DNA of 64,000 nt from contig CM120642.1 of assembly GCA_051362555.1 (NCBI GenBank), forward strand, positions 21,700,001 through 21,764,000, in the 5' to 3' direction. This document shows, piece by piece, positions 62,819 through 64,000 of this stretch. Under the pieces are notes generated by a model. That model searched no databases. It was given only the letters and a program-made list of their open reading frames with translations, and was not told where the DNA came from. The translations under genes were made by a program, and so were the position numbers. Every line of letters begins with the position of its first letter. Position 1 is the first letter of the stretch. The stretch comes from Lingula anatina. Its lineage: Eukaryota; Animalia; Brachiopoda.

Positions 62819-63562
62819 TAATAATGATTTAGGGGAACGGAAACTGTTTGAAAAAGTCACCAGTTCTCTTGTGACATATAAATTTGATAAGTCGTCTTCA
62901 TATTTGGCCATTTGTTTCCAGGGAAATTCAAGTCCTATCATCTCGAATTAGATGATCATAAGAACATGAACAAAACGATGCTTGATTTTTAATTTTTCGA
63001 TAAATTATGGTGTATATGTAAAATATGCTATGTCGACTGGAAAAACACTTGAACTGGCAGATACATTAAGTGAGCTTTACCAGGCTTTATAATCACTTTT
63101 CAGACAGCAAACGTTTCCATGACTCCTTATGAGTGTTATACTGTTATACATGTATAAAAGGGCATGAGATTCGTGTCTTTGGAAGTATACTTCGAGCGGT
63201 TTATTTTTTCCGTATTTTTCCATACAATTTTTTAGGTTATTCCCAAGTTATCGCAAATAATCAGTGAGCCCCCTTAAAATCCTCTTCCACGTATACTACA
63301 AGAAGACTCGCTCCAACTAAGCTTATTAAAATGAGTTACGACTTTCAGAGTTACACAGTGACAAGTACGAGGGGGTGTGGCTGAATTTTAGTTGGCCCAA
63401 GTAGAAAGCCAGCAAGAGGTCCTCTATACCGGCAAACGCACAACTTCCTTTGCTCTCCTTGACGAAATTTTCTAAAGAAGACATCTGCTATAGTGGTGTC
63501 TGAACATAAAACACTCAGGCCTACCCAACTACCAGACTCGGCACCTAAGGATCCTGAATTAA

Positions 63563-64000
63563 CCGGTTTATCGGACCACGCTACCCGTTTTCAAGGTGTG
63601 TGTCATTTCGGAGTATCATACCCCAGAACAAATTTTGTAGCACGACTGCGGGCTCATCCACGCTCGGCTGAACAACCTTAAACTGAACTCTTACTTTAGA
63701 GTACTCTATTTAGTCTCCATGGGGATATATGGGGACTTTACGACATTCGGTTTGAATGTTTTAACCACTTTTGATAGGGCTTTTTTGCATTGTATTAGAT
63801 TAATGTGGCAGTCTAAGGTTCATCTAGGTGGCTTTCAAATTTACGCACCCGGTTTTAAAATCATAAAGCGATTTTACGACAATCTTTTACTATCCAATCA
63901 AGGTAACAGCCGAGCATGCCAGGGCTCATCCTGTCGGTGTTCTGGCTGATACTCCGAAATGCGATCTGACACACACCTTGAAAACGGGTAGTGTGGTCCG
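63563..64000. mobile_element. Palindromic MITE after TTAA (piggyBac-like), right end just outside the window
   Basis: TTAA|CCGGTTTATCGGACCACGCTACCCGTTTTCAAGGTGTGTGTCA is mirrored by TGACACACACCTTGAAAACGGGTAGTGTGGTCCG at the window end. Confidence 0.65.

Noticed and set aside
62429-62951. 170- and 135-aa overlapping ORFs
   Set aside because: They cross MITE boundaries and homopolymer runs, and contain no domain

Overview
AT-rich eukaryotic DNA, most consistent with an invertebrate animal (the repeat families resemble those of molluscs and other lophotrochozoans; the species cannot be fixed from sequence alone). Positions ~880-49,500 are a ~195-bp satellite array that carries a repeated ~255-bp exon-like cassette and many insertions. 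These include two Academ-type foldback elements (TAG...CTA, 3-bp TSD) and a BEL/Pao LTR retrotransposon with an open gag-PR-RT ORF but no RNase H or integrase. There is also a 5'-intact L1/Tx1 LINE broken up by a solo LTR, two Helentron-type (HINE) elements with 146-bp arrays and CACTA/EnSpm-type elements; a third, array-less HINE lies at 7.1 kb. The most unusual item is the LINE ORF1, which ends in an IMPACT/YigZ (UPF0029)-like domain. One credible host exon (Thr/Pro-rich, minus strand, 49524-49634) borders the array. The last 14 kb is mostly MITEs, including a triple-nested set, plus a duplicated CCAAT/TATA promoter-like module. No rRNA, tRNA or CRISPR was found, and most short ORFs in the track are repeat artefacts. 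All coordinates and counts were read by eye.
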